A DNA stretch of 64,000 nucleotides from Phoronis australis (lineage: Eukaryota; Animalia; Phoronida): contig NMRA01000055.1 of assembly GCA_002633005.1 (NCBI GenBank), positions 1 to 64,000 of the forward strand, in the 5' to 3' direction. Shown piece after piece: positions 1 through 13,150 of this stretch; within the stretch, counting starts at the first letter, position 1, and each line of letters begins with the position of its first letter. Below the pieces are notes generated by a model. That model was not told the origin of the DNA. It saw only the letters and a list, made by a program, of their open reading frames with translations, and ran no database searches. The position numbers were made by a program, and so were the translations under genes.

Positions 1-180
1 GATCGAGTTAAGACAAGGTGAGAGTTGACTTAAAGTTAAGACAAAAACTTAAGTCAGTCTTAGCTAAGATTGTTTCATGGAACGCAAAATAATCTTAGGA
101 TTTGTCTTAAGTCAAAAACTTAAGAAACGTCTTAAACTTAAATCAAAAATGAACTTAAGTCAGTTTCTTGGAACGGGCCC
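1..180. mobile_element. End of a non-autonomous TIR element (Harbinger-like), truncated by the window edge
   Basis: Dense CTTAAG/TTAAG sub-repeats ending in ...TTCTTGGAACGGGCCC; abruptly truncates the adjacent Cys-rich reading frame. Family assignment is by resemblance only. Confidence 0.4.
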
Positions 181-477
181 CATGTCCAGTAGTGGCTTGG
201 CCTCGTCGCTGAACAACACAAGCATTCCATTGAGGTAGGCATAACAACGCACACAGTGCATTTGCACCAAGATGTGTCACCACGTCTGTCCTCAGTAGCC
301 GCCTCGTTTCTCTCAACAGCTGCCTATGCCTTTGCGTTATCTGCCTCGTTACACTCGGGCTCAAACATGTACCCACCCACTGAATTTCCGTGAAAAAATT
401 CCTCGTTACCACTGCTGTGAACAAGGTCTCCGTCACTCACACTACTGTCACTGTGACGGGTCACCTACTCCAGCCAT
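181..477 (-). pseudogene. Decayed P2X7 C-terminal (ballast)-like Cys-rich ORF, KolobokP accessory-protein type
   Basis: Minus-strand frame reads ...NSVGGYMFEPECNEADNAKA*AAVERNEAATEDRRGDTSWCKCTVCVVMPTSMECLCC, matching the YxFEP...WCxCxxCxxMPTxxECxCC pattern; in-frame TAG and apparent frameshifts. Confidence 0.7.
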
Positions 478-714
478 TTACAGCTTACAACACACTAAAC
501 ATTCCCTAAATCCAACGTAGTTGAGTTCTCTACTAACCTATCTTGCCGCAGAATACTCGCCGATGGAAAGGGGTGGCGACAATTGTTGAAAAACAGCACA
601 AAACAAAAGTAGAATAGAGCAGATTCGCACGGTAAAGTCAACGCAAAGCCAAGTGGCGGGAAACGCTTGCCTCCTAAAACGTCACTTCCGCAGTAGCGGA
701 CGAGTAATTAATAA

Positions 715-1881
715 AATGAAAGCGCTCCGAGGAGCGAAACTTGGCGAAATTAACCAAAAAGATGACGATAGAGATGATGACGAAGATGACGAAAATGACG
801 ACAATGGTGGCGAGGATGAACAAAAGAAGTTATAATAACATACAAATGACGAACGTAGAAGTCCGAAATCAGTAAGAAAAAGGCTACAGTCTTGAGCGAC
901 AGTTGGCGAAATTAACGGAAAAGACAACGACGGAGATGATGACGAAGATGATGACGATGATGACGAATATGATGATGGTGGTGGCGATGATGAACTACAT
1001 CACAACATTCATATGGCGAATTTAGATGTCATAAATCATTAAGAAATAGGCTACAGTCTAGTTCAACAGAAGATAAACCAACATCAATGCAGCAAGAGCG
1101 CTCAACAAAGGAACAGCGTTATCAGGAAATCTCAAATAACTCGAGAAGTAGACGTCCAAGCGGAAAATCGAAAACATCTTCTGAAAGCCAGTTCAAAATT
1201 CTATCTAAACTGATGGTATCGCTTAATTCCGTAAATTTTTCGAAAAAAATGAAATTTTGCGTTTTTTTTTAAGAAATTCAAAGTCAAATAACTCGAAAAC
1301 GGTAAGTCTGAGAAAAAAACTTGTTAAAAGCCATTTGAAAGAGTATACTTCAAAGAATACACATGCAAAAAATCATGTCTTTTTCTCTTCCCGTTTAAAA
1401 TCGCACTCCAGCACGACTGAAAATGGGTCAACATGCGCCATATCCGCCATCATGAATGCAACTTCCGGTTTTTTAGCTTCGTATAATAGCACGTTACAAG
1501 AAACTAATACCTGTAAAAATTCGAAGGAATTGGTCTGATAAAGCGCCCTCTAGAGGAGAAAACGTTTTTAAGCCAAAATCGAGGTGCGCATGCGCGATCG
1601 CCGATATTTCCGCCATCTTTAACCGGAAGTAAACAATTTCCGGTATACTTGTAGCAAGCTTCCGGTCCATTTACTGTGCCGATTCTTAGCNAATGGCCGC
1701 CACAGCCGCCATCTTGGATCCGATTTTAACGAAAAATAACAGGATTCCAGTACTTCCGGAAGTACGTGTTGTGTGTAAATTTCGTGATGATCGGACGAAA
1801 ATTGCGACCTGTATCGTGCGAACAACAAAAAAAAAACTTAGTGGAAGAGCAACATACTTGGCGAAATTTATTTCGCCAAGT
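715..1881 (-). mobile_element. Helentron-associated element (HINE/DINE-1-like), family A
   Basis: Terminal palindrome ACTTGGCGAAAT-TT-ATTTCGCCAAGT (1856-1881), second subTIR ACTTGGCGAAATT (740-752), hairpin CGCTCC-GA-GGAGCG near 723-737, internal (GAT/GAC)n tracts; empty site visible at ~58831. Confidence 0.75.
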
Positions 1882-3889
1882 AATTACGAAAAGCTGTAAT
1901 TAAGTGGAAAATATGTCTAGGATAACCAACCAACCTTATTTTAGCTCAAAATGACATGGAAAAAGGTTGCCTTCGCCTTTAAAAGTGCCACCGTTGATGA
2001 CAACTCCGGCGAATATGCCTGTTGTAGCGTTGTTGCAGGTACGATGCCGCATTTCTACGGATTGTGTTGCCTTGGTACAAAACAATAACCCAAAGCTGTA
2101 TACTAATTATACGACAGTCTGTTGATGCAGCTAGCTGGCTTGCTACGGATTCTGTAGCATGGATGGGTTCACGTGTTGCTGGGACGGTCGTCATTGCTGC
2201 TCGTGTAATACTGTCGCCGATAGTATCGGGTGCTGTCATGGCCAGTGACAACAATGTTTGATATTGGCGAGGAATCGGTGCCTGAGTTGCAGACGATATA
2301 ATGTATAGAAATTGAAATCTGAGACAGAACTGTCATATAATTAACAGTCCTGTTCCAGAAGTTACGATTGAGGCCTGGTTGCATGTTGAGTGGTATTTAC
2401 ACTGCTATAATTGTATTACTTTAAGATATTTTCCAAATGTTTGATGATCTAACCGGCTAACGCCGTCGAGTCGACATTGACCTACCTTTTGAACCTTCAA
2501 TGTCAGAGGTCACTGTTGAAGTAGTGTGGGAGGTGAATACGGAAAACATTATTACATGGCCGTATTTCCCTCGACAGATTCAACGCGTATGGGATAAATA
2601 TAGGAAAACAACAAGAATGGATCAACTGAAATTTTCGGATATAATAACATCCTCCGTCAACAGAAACAGAAATAAAGTAAAATCAAACACTACATGTATG
2701 TGACAATTGGCGTAATGAATATGATACATTGTTGCGGAAAAAATTCAAGAATATAATTTAAGAAGTTATGCAAAATCCATTAGGTTCAAATGTATCGATC
2801 TTATCTATCCAAACTTAGAAACGTAAGAAAGAAAATCCGGGAAAACATAATAGTAACTCATATCGCATAGTGAAAGTGAAACGTGAACGAGAAAACAATG
2901 TTAACGTCATGACACGTTTGCAAGAGTTATTTGACGAACTTTTACGTGTTTTGGCAATGAAAGTGTTTTAGTCAATACTTATCTTGAAAGTTACCAGGAA
3001 AGTACGTTTGATCGTGCTAAATATAACTAACACATAATGTAAGTACCCCCACGAAATGTACAGTGTACGTTGCCACTGTGTCAGTTAGTGTTCATGTGTT
3101 AAGATCTTGACAGGCACTCTTCTAGCTGAGAAAACCAAACTATAGTTATCTACCGGGGTAAATTTATCGCGACATTTTTGGAATTTTCCTTTTATAATTG
3201 CCTTGTGTTAGTCCTCTAGAGATTTCTTGCAACGTACCTTTAAAAATCAACACTCTGGAGACTCCTGCAGCCGATTTCATAAAGGTTGTTTAACAAAACC
3301 AGGTTAAGACTGGTCTTCATAAAGCTGGACCTACATTTGTAACTTGCATTTCACCAACGTGGTTAAGAGTCTGAAAGCCAGGTTTTGTTAGACCAGGGAG
3401 CGGATTAGTAAAACCAGGTTTAAAGTATCCAAGCCGCCATACTGTGTCGATCTGGATTAACCCAACAAAGACAGTGTAGAAGTGCTTCAATTAAACCTTG
3501 ATCATGTGGTTATACAATGGCACACAGTAGTAAAATCAGTGCAGACATTTGCGAAAAAGATCTAAAATCTTTTCTCATGAGGAGAAATGTTCCCTCCCAG
3601 TTCACCACTGTTGATGTCGACTACACTGAGCTGATATTGAGATCGTGTAATAATTTACTTGCCAAGTTGCCCACTGTTACTTCACTAGCCACTGTCTTGG
3701 TAATTCCTAGTCAGTATGAAATTGATCAAATGACAATACTTTGTTTCATCTTTGGTTATTTGTGTACCAGGAGACACAGCAGTGAGCCATTGTTTATGTA
3801 GAGATTCACTGTAAACAGACAGCTTCTTGTACACTTAACAGTACTAGCCTCCTTCTGGGATTAGAATGTGAGTAATGCATAAATTTTGA

Positions 3890-4033
3890 GAAATGCTATG
3901 TTCCAGGCATTTCCCCGCTGCGAAAAAGAATCTGCGACAAAGCCAGTGGCTGAGCTGATAAAGCGGAAGAATTTCGATCCCAGCCGGTGTCAAAAATCTA
4001 AAACAAATTAGCGAACTTAAACTAATCAAATAA
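3890..4033 (+). repeat. Dispersed repeat, second copy at ~39000-39130
   Basis: ATCTGCGACAAAGCCAG...GAATTTCGATC...GTCAAAAA...AAATTAGCGAACTTAAACTAAT matches 39022-39130. Confidence 0.65.
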
Positions 4034-4141
4034 TGTCAGGGTTTGACTTGGGAGGGAGGGTATGTTACATTGTTTTTAAGTTAATGAACCACTGCGTAGT
4101 AGTGACTTTCTGGCCACTAAACCCGAGTCGGGATTCATTAC

Positions 4142-4293
4142 CATGGGCGGCGCACCGTAGGGGGCTGGAAGGGGACCTACCACTTTTTTCAGTGCTCCGG
4201 TGCCCATGGTCTATGGGCGGCCGGGTGTACCACAGGGGAGCTGGGGCGGGGGGGGGCTATAGCCCCCACTTTTTTCAGGGATGCGCCACCCAT
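4142..4293. mobile_element. GC-rich MITE-like elements (CATGGGCGGCGCAC type)
   Basis: CATGGGCGGCGCACCGTAGGG start; reverse-complement copy at ~25101-25121; poly-G/poly-C inverted tracts. Confidence 0.45.
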
Positions 4294-5292
4294 GATTACT
4301 CAAGAGAGAGCCAATATGAACAATCCCTTATTCCTTCAGAAACCAGCCTAAGAATAATCATCATCACCATCTCCCGAGAGATGTCGCAAAATTTTAGGAA
4401 ATGGTGCGTGCACGTGCCACGAGCGTACTGATTTCGAAACGATGACAGACTTTTCTTTATTATAAAAGACGGAGAATTATGCAATTATGGTGTTTAATAA
4501 ATTGTTTTCACTTAAAAGGCTGCAACGGGCAGGGTTAGTTCTGGTTGGCTCTTGTATACACCCCCGCCTGTCTTTAACTCTCATGTTGATATAGGTTTCA
4601 CGACGAGGTGACGAGCAGAACTACCCGAGCTGTTTGAAATTTTGGGGTTTTACGGAGCTCAGCAAATGTGGTGACCTAGTCGGTAAACCAACCCTTAAAT
4701 AGTAATAGGTTTGGCAGTCTGCACAGTGAAATTTAGAATCAATTGCCATGATACATATCACAGTCGAATTGCACATCAAATATAACCTGCACACGTCGAA
4801 ATAAAGATCGCGCTAACACATTTATCTCCAGAATTAATACGGCGAATATAACCGCACGAAAATCAAGCCCTTCCAAAGAACGTATTTACTCGACTCGTAT
4901 TTTTACCATTGGCTTGTAACTCCGATATATTTTTAAACCTAGCAGTGAACTCGTGAACTGAAGAATTCACTGTGCTCATTGGCTGGCATGTAGGTCATTG
5001 CATGACGTCACTAGGTCAAACACTAAGGGTAGATGATGGAAGACGATTTGATTCGTTGTTGTTAGAGGAAGGTAAAAAGAGGCAAAATATAACCGGTAAG
5101 GCCGTTTGCAGTTTTGTTAACGCGACAATTGAATTTGATTTCGTCAGTACTAATACACTAAAACTCCCATTCTTTTGGTTTTTTATCCATTTCACCAAAT
5201 GGTGAAAAAACCTCTGGTGCAACTTCAGCTCTGAGTGTGGTACCTAGCTGTATTTTGAGGATAGTCTTCATACAGCTAGCATGCATGCACAC

Positions 5293-5502
5293 CAGGGGCG
5301 GATCCAGGATTTTGAGTTTGGGGGCCATGGCACAGGAATAACCAGAATTTCGCCACATGCGTGCACCCCAGCCTAAAATGTAGGATGCAGGGGTCTCGAA
5401 TATTTCCGTTCGTGGACCTCATGACTAAAAAAAACGGTAAAGGGGGTTTTTTCAAGGTCTATGCATGGCTCCCTTGCCCCCTCCCCCCTAAATCCGCCAC
5501 TG
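5293..5502. mobile_element. MITE with CAGGGGCGGAT / ATCCGCCACTG TIRs
   Basis: Terminal inverted repeats; flanks (TG)CACAC / CACACAC resemble a target-site duplication. Confidence 0.65.
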
Positions 5503-5785
5503 CACACACCAACACACACGCACACAGATACGCAAACATATTTACAAATGTACTTATCACAAATAAAAACAATTTGCTTGTATTCTGTGGAGTGTAGATA
5601 TGTAGCAACCCTTTATTTATTTTTGCAAAGGTGTCCGGATTTTTATTTATTTATTTATTTGTTTATTAATTGAATTACTTATGCCAATGACTACATGTGT
5701 CAGCCAGTCTTCCAATTGCATCTCAATTGTATAAACAGTAAATGATAATTACTGTTCGATATTTTCGATCGCTTACCTGAAACTT

Positions 5786-5811
5786 GTATTGTATTGTATT
5801 GTATTGTATTG
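5786..5811 (+). repeat. (TGTAT)n microsatellite
   Basis: Five perfect pentamer copies. Confidence 0.9.
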
Positions 5812-6980
5812 TGTTTTATTGTACTGTACGATGGTCCTCAAAGAAGCTTGTCTTTGCTGCATTTCACTTATTGTAAGTGAACGTATTATGATTCTGTATT
5901 GTACTGTACAGTACAGTGATCTTCAATCAAGCAGGTTTTACTTTTGAACACTCCCGACTTATAAATATGTATGTATGTATAAGTATATGTATATATGTAT
6001 ATCAAAATGTGTTTTTGTTGTATTTTTGTTGTATTTTACTAATTGTTATATAAGTTAATAAACTTATTATTTGTCTATCTATCTGTCTTTCACATGCGTT
6101 TATCGCAGAAGTAAAATTTCCAAGCACGGTGTTTCTTGAACAGTTCGAGTATAGGCGCATACGCCTAATTCGGTATGTAAGTGCAGATTCGAACATAGGC
6201 GCATGATCCTATACACACTCATTATTTTCTGGAACTTCAGAAATATGCGAATTAAACCTACACATGTATGAAACTTAGCTGCTCTTCCACAAGAGCACCA
6301 TAAGGTCGACTCTAGGGACACGGACCCAGATCTTGGAAATACATGTCTGTTTATACGTGCTGGTGAGATATGTTCAAATTTTTTGTTTCAAATTTGCTAG
6401 GCCATTGTTTTTGAACTTCGAGCATCCTGAATATTTTGACCCAAAATATCTCATTTTGTTCAAAGTTGTCAAATAAGTAAAGTTCTTTTAAAACAGTTTA
6501 AAGGAACGGGAAAGAAAAAAAACATTTTTTATGTAAACAGTCTCTTTCAATGGGACTTCTATTTTAATATGTTAAAATCGTCATTAGAGCGCCAAAGTTC
6601 GGTAAATTTTGCTCAGTTCTTTATATTTGATTTTTAACCATTTTAGGTGCTCTTTGGACCAGTTTGTGGGTGTGCTGATGATACCAGATATTTTACATCA
6701 GTTTGCTGTCTACGTAAATGATGATATAAATGAGCCTTTCTTTTGTTTCAAACCAGCAGCCTAAGGAAAGGACATATTCCAGCCTCGTCCCCAAGCCTCA
6801 AGATGGCGCTGATTGGCCGTTCACCGCTAAAAAAAGCCACCCAACAAACCTTCAAACACTTATGAATCTCTGAATACTTAAATACCGATTTAAAGGATCT
6901 TGTCCTTACTTATTTGATGTGATAAATTAGATTATTTTTCCGCAAAAATAAACAAGATCTAAACGCAGATTTTAACTATT

Positions 6981-8649
6981 TTTATGCGCCCACATATTTA
7001 TATGTGGACGCATTATGCCGTCATCTCTGTCCGTCCGTCCGTCCGTCCGTCCGTCCGGGCGGCGTCCGTCCGGCGTCCGGCGTCCGCTGCTCTATCTCCA
7101 AAACCCTTCGACATACGTTCATGAAATTTGGCACATATGTTCCATTCATGAATGGGACGGCATGTGCGAACTTTCGGANNNNNNNNNNNNNNNNNNNNNN
7201 NNNNNNNNNNNNNNNNNNNNNNNNNNNNNNNNNNNNNNNNNNNNNNNNNNNNNNNNNNNNNNNNNNNNNNNNNNNNNNNNNNNNNNNNNNNNNNNNNNNN
7301 NNNNNNNNNNNNNNNNNNNNNNNNNNNNNNNNNNNNNNNNNNNNNNNNNNNNNNNNNNNNNNNNNNNNNNNNNNNNNNNNNNNNNNNNNNNNNNNNNNNN
7401 NNNNNNNNNNNNNNNNNNNNNNNNNNNNNNNNNNNNNNNNNNNNNNNNNNNNNNNNNNNNNNNNNNNNNNNNNNNNNNNNNNNNNNNNNNNNNNNNNNNN
7501 NNNNNNNNNNNNNNNNNNNNNNNNNNNNNNNNNNNNNNNNNNNNNNNNNNNNNNNNNNNNNNNNNNNNNNNNNNNNNNNNNNNNNNNNNNNNNNNNNNNN
7601 NNNNNNNNNNNNNNNNNNNNNNNNNNNNNNNNNNNNNNNNNNNNNNNNNNNNNNNNNNNNNNNNNNNNNNNNNNNNNNNNNNNNNNNNNNNNNNNNNNNN
7701 NNNNNNNNNNNNNNNNNNNNNNNNNNNNNNNNNNNNNNNNNNNNNNNNNNNNNNNNNNNNNNNNNNNNNNNNNNNNNNNNNNNNNNNNNNNNNNNNNNNN
7801 NNNNNNNNNNNNNNNNNNNNNNNNNNNNNNNNNNNNNNNNNNNNNNNNNNNNNNNNNNNNNNNNNNNNNNNNNNNNNNNNNNNNNNNNNNNNNNNNNNNN
7901 NNNNNNNNNNNNNNNNNNNNNNNNNNNNNNNNNNNNNNNNNNNNNNNNNNNNNNNNNNNNNNNNNNNNNNNNNNNNNNNNNNNNNNNNNNNGCTCAAAGG
8001 ATGATTGTGAAAATTGGCGTGTATGTGCTTACTATAAGGAAGACAGCTGACAATGATTTTCAGACGATTTGGACTACTGTGGCGCCTCCTAGTGGCAGTT
8101 TTGTTTTTTTGCGCCCATGGCTGTATCTCCCAAACCGTTTGCAGGATCTTTACTAAATTTAGCAAGTGTATTTATGTGATGTTGACAACGGACGATGACG
8201 ACTTTAGGATGATTCTGACTACCGGTATGCCTCTTGTGGCAATTTTAGTATTTGCCTCTAGTGGCAATTTTAGTATTTTACATTGACCTCTGTATTTTCA
8301 TAGGTCTTCAGGTGTATACTTTGTGTTACTTCGTGACTGTGAAGGAAAAGTTCTAAGTAGAAATTTGTTTCTGGCATTCTAATGCTGTGCTAATCTCGTA
8401 TGTTGGTAAATTTGTTTTTAATTCTATGTTTCTGTGGTGCTTTAAGCAAATGGTGTATAGGATGTGCTTGTATTATGAAGATAACTCACATTTTGCCCCT
8501 AGCCTATTGAGGAGACTATGACCATGCCTTTCCATTTTGCAAAGTATGCCCTCTACTGGCCAATTTATGGTACCAATAAACAACCCTAGAAGGATACCGT
8601 ATGCGGTGCAATTGTGGGCGCATTTCAACGCTCCGCGTTGCTCTTGTTT
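6981..8649 (+). mobile_element. HINE/DINE-1-like element, family B (spans a gap)
   Basis: 5' palindrome ATGCGCCCACATATTTATATGTGGACGCAT, (GTCC)n microsatellite, 3' subTIR TGTGGGCGCAT plus hairpin CAACGCTCCGCGTTG, T-rich ends; second copy at 57451-59150. Confidence 0.8.
7179..7991. other. Assembly gap
   Basis: Run of N. Confidence 1.
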
Positions 8650-11600
8650 ACAGACGTTGTTGTTGCTTCCGTTCGTGATTCGAAAGCGGAGGATATAACT
8701 GTTTTCGTTATTGTTTGAAATAAAAGGTGCCCACGTACTTATTGTCAATTCTAATTTTTGAAAGCACCGTATAAATTATCCTGTTTTTGAATTCAAACAG
8801 CATTTTTTAAATGATATGAATCTAAATTGCTACATAAATACCGCCCATTTAGATTCTTTTTGTATTGTACTACAGCAAATTTCAGAGATGATTTCTGTAT
8901 AAATGTGTGAGAATTATGATCAGTAAATTTCTCCTCACTAAGCCTCAAATAACCTTTCATATGTCGCACTCCGTCAGTTGCTAACTGATGCTGTGCCCAG
9001 GTAATATCCACCTTATTACCTGACAATCGTTACGTAAAATATACAAAGTCATTTCAGTTTGGGTCTTGTCATTTCTGAAGGATGCTAATCGCTTAATTGA
9101 TTCCACCCAAATTAATAGGACTTTGCTGTCGCACTCTCATAACAGATATAAATGGGATCTTTTAAAATATTGGACGCATGGCTTTCAAACTTTCGAGCTG
9201 TACATAGTTCAGTTTTTACTTCTAGCAAGTTAAATCTGAAGTGATCTCCGTACAGTAAATACATAACACGAAATGATCCTAACAACCTTTTAACATAATA
9301 AGTAACTTAGAATGTACTTTAAACGGCACCAATAAAAACAGAACCAAATACACGTTAAGTACGAAAGTGTACATGCAGGACAGTGTTACCATGGTGACTG
9401 AGTACTATAAAGAGCTTCTCCTTAACCAGGACTTTGACAAGCATGGTTGATAAAACATCATGAATAAATTGTTTGTGAAAATAACTCATAAACACCTAAA
9501 ATAATAACCTATGCCTTTGTCGTCCGGCCCGATCAAAAAGTCAAAAATTGACACAGAAATAGGCAAAACCTTTTGAACGCACCATGCGATTTTAAAACGT
9601 GTTCATTTTTGTATTGCAGACATGTATACTTTTCTTGTGATGTAGGCTTTTATCTTCAAAGCGAAAAAATAATTTTCGCCCCAACCCCCCCCCCCTCTTT
9701 AACACCTTCACAGTCTCCGGACCCTTAATTTAGAAGAATCGCAGATAAATAATTAAGGCTAAATCGCCTTTACGTGATGCACAAATCAGACATTTTCAGT
9801 AAAAATCACATGAGTTATTCGTATCAACTTTGAAACTCTCTTTAAGAGCGTTAACCGTTTTGGGCATTGGCAACAGCCAAATATGTAATCACCTGTCTCT
9901 CCGCTTGCACTTTATCGAGGTATCCATTTGTTCACACATGAGTTGAAGGAGGACCAGAGAAAGGAATCTCCATCTGTGAGTCACCGTCCAATGATGCAAG
10001 CCTTAACTTCTGCATCAAGTCTCTCAACTGCTTCACGTTTCTCTGTAGTACATGTAGGTTTTATAACCACTAATAATGCGTCCGTACACATGCGCCTTAG
10101 TTATGGAAGTTCTTAGATGTTCAGCTGCCAACGGGAGTTTTTAAACCCCTATTGGCAGTGTGGTAACGTTTTAAAGAACGCTACCACGGTCACGACATCT
10201 TGAATTATTATCGAATGAACGGCGGCAATACGTACTTGCAACAATTTTCAATTTCTCAATTTTACTATTTGTCATCCCATTAAACTCTGAACTGTTTTCG
10301 CCGTAGTCGCTGATGGTTTTGATGTTCTTGTTGGTGACAGAAATAGAATCCTTTCACGGTAAGAAATATTACGAGACCAATTTTACGAGTGTGAAGCCAA
10401 ATTTAATTTTTGTTTTTATCCAGCTAAAAAAGACGAAATGAAGCTTTAACTATGGCATACCTTTAAAGCAACACTAAATCTATGCTTTCTCTCCAAGAAC
10501 AAGTTTGATGTAGGTCAAGTATCGTTATCGAATTGGCCTTGGTTTGTTTCTCTATTTAATCTTAATTTAAACCTGAATTCTGTCTTTGTGCAGAACTGAC
10601 TGTTTGTTATTTGTTTAATACCAAGATCACAAAAATATCAGGTTGAGATGCGAATTGATGGTCATGTATAGCGAGCTGTCACTTGTCCTGATATCACCTC
10701 TATGGTTCGAATGAAGTACAATTTGAGACCAATTTTATGGTGGTAAGTGGCTTAAATCAAAACTTGCTTTTTGTCAGAAAACACTGGTTTAACAATGTTT
10801 TAGTATTCCTCCATTAATCCAACTCAGTAATGCCTCACTGAATATTCCTTCCGCTCTTGCATTGCTAATCGTTTACCAGTCAAAGAGTTCGACATCCTAC
10901 AAATGAGGGTTACAAAAGGTACGTATGCCGAACCGACAACATGACACGTCTACTTGATCTGTTTCAATCCTAATGGTAACTAAATAACACTGCTGTCGAA
11001 GCATCCCTGGGAATGGACCAGGTTTTCGGAATTTAAAGCGTCTGAAAAAGACGCCTGGGTGTGGCCGGTTTTTCTGCAACAGACGCATACGAAAGGATCA
11101 CTTTTCCATGGCTGTCAGATTCATACCAAGGTGTTCTCATTCTCGAGTCCACCCTCTAAGTGGAAGGGTATTGTAATTTTCCATCTGCACGACCCCGTCA
11201 AAAATACAGTCGCCGAGTGACCCCCACCGGCAGACCCTACGCTAATGCGCCTGCGAAAGCTGGCACCCTGACCTAACTTGTGCTCCATGGCCAAAACTCT
11301 GGTCGACCTCTGGGCAAAAGGCGTCGGTTGTGGATACGTGATTCGAGCGTTTTTTTTTGCTGCAAAGAGTGATATCCCGGTGCCGCAGCTTAGTCAACTA
11401 CAAAAGGAAATATATTTCATCTTTAAGTAGTTTGACAGTTTTGTTACAGGAGCTTTTGATGGAATCTAATACATGAACAGAAATCTGGCATTTTTTACCG
11501 ATACAGATACTTCGAATATTTTCATGACTAGAACTTGCCTGCAGCCATGACACCCGCTCGGCTGGCAAAGCAATCAATATGGTTGGAGCCTATATTCAGT

Positions 11601-11884
11601 GTGAGTACTCCTTTTTAGGTGGGGTCAGGTGAGAGGATGCGCCCCCCCCCCTTCTCATCTACGGTGCTGTGGCATATCGTGAATATTATCTGCATATCGA
11701 CATGTCTTTATTCTCCACGAAATTAAAGATGGACGCATCGGCATTGATTCAATTTAATGGCGCTTATTTTTTATAGGTAGATTGTTAGATACATAAACTT
11801 TATTTTAACTTGATGGCACGGTGAGCCAGAGGCTTCTCTCACACTGCATGTTCATGAAATTATAAATATACAAAATATTACATA

Positions 11885-13150
11885 ATTAAATTAAGTTGAA
11901 TTAAATTAAATTAAAAATGAATTAAATTAAAATTACCAGCGCAATTTTATATACTGGAAAAGTGGGATTTAAGTAGTTTTTAAAAAGGGTTAATGAAGTA
12001 GAATTTTGAATGGTGACAGGACAGGAATTCCACATAGACGAACCTTTATACTTAAATGAATTTTGACAAGTTTTAGTTTTAATAGTAAGTAAGTTATAGA
12101 CCGCACGGGTTGCTGCACGGGTGGTCCTTTTATGGACATCAGAGACCAATCTCAAGCTATTAAAATTGGCTGGAGCATGTCCATTTCAAATTTTATACAT
12201 AAGAAGTGTCTGATGGTAAATGACAAGTTTGGGAAAGGCAACCAGTCTTAACCAGTTTTACTTCTTTCATCTGCTATGTGAATTTTAAACATAGCAGATG
12301 AAAGAAGTATTACCCCATATTGAACAGCAATAAGTTGAGATAGGATTGATATAGCAATTGCATAAAGTCAATGATGATGGTGTGTCTAAAAAGTCGAAGT
12401 CTTCTCATCTGACTGAAAAATTTGATATCACATCTGTCTACAAACATTTGAGATTTGACAGTTCCAGGAGGATCGTCAATATCCATTCTCAGGAGTTTTT
12501 CATAGGCCCCTGTGGCACACCAACCAAGTGACAATTGCTGGTTTAGGGTATTACCAAAAGTGACTGACTGAATTCTATCAGACAAATAGTTACAGAAAAA
12601 TATAAAAGATTTTTTAGAGCAGCCATAAAGTTTAAATTGTTTTAAAATAATGTCGTAACTTACAAGGGCGAAAATGAAGACGTAAGACTCCAGTAAAATT
12701 GCTATCATCCAGCTGGTGATACCATTTGTTAGATATTGTCGAAGCTGTCTGACACGAATGGTGGGCTCTGAATCCAGACAGGGAGTTTGGAATTAAATTA
12801 AGGTCAGTTAAAAAGTTATAAAAATGATTGTGTACGTGTCTCTCTAGACATTTAGAGAGTGTAGGAAAATCAAAATCGGTCTGTAAATACCTACAACCTC
12901 TTTATCACCCTTCTTAGAGATGAACAACTCTAGCACCCTTCCAAATACACATACATGAGAAAGTAGAAGTACTAAGATTGAGACAATGGGTGACAGCCCA
13001 TCGGCACCAAATTTTAAAAAATCTACTCTGATGTCATCCAGGCCCATTGACACTGACGTCATCCAGACCCATTGACACCGATGTCATCCAGGCCCATTGA
13101 CTTGTGGATCAAGGCTAACTAAAAACTTATTAAAAATGATACATCCATAT
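11885..13150 (-). mobile_element. Degenerate non-LTR retrotransposon (CR1/L2-type RT region and 3' end)
   Basis: Minus-strand fragments GLDDIRVDFLK, KKGDKEVVGIYRPI, GFRAHHSCQTA, KLYG...YLSDRIQSV, NSFKYKGSSMWN; AATTA-type simple repeat at the 3' end; stops and frameshifts; internal ~25-bp triplication at 13030-13100. Confidence 0.8.

Larger units (their letters stand above)
181..1978 (-). mobile_element. Kolobok-type DNA transposon fragment (interrupted by a HINE insertion)
   Basis: Minus-strand terminus TTAA|AGGCGAAGGCAACC (TTAA at 1979-1982); 653-714 plus 1882-1978 match contiguous 58770-58928; contains the P2X7-like ORF. Confidence 0.65.

Noticed and set aside
196-219. VLFSDEAK on the minus strand resembling a Tc1 transposase catalytic motif
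   Set aside because: Flanking sequence fits the Cys-rich P2X7-like frame much better; no other Tc1 motifs seen.
653-1000. Acidic and Ser-rich ORFs (653..835, 682..927)
   Set aside because: Translations of the GAT/GAC microsatellite inside HINE A.
7004-8165. Long ORFs of 329-348 aa
   Set aside because: Artefacts of the N gap; the same applies at 25839-26207 and 58231-58794.
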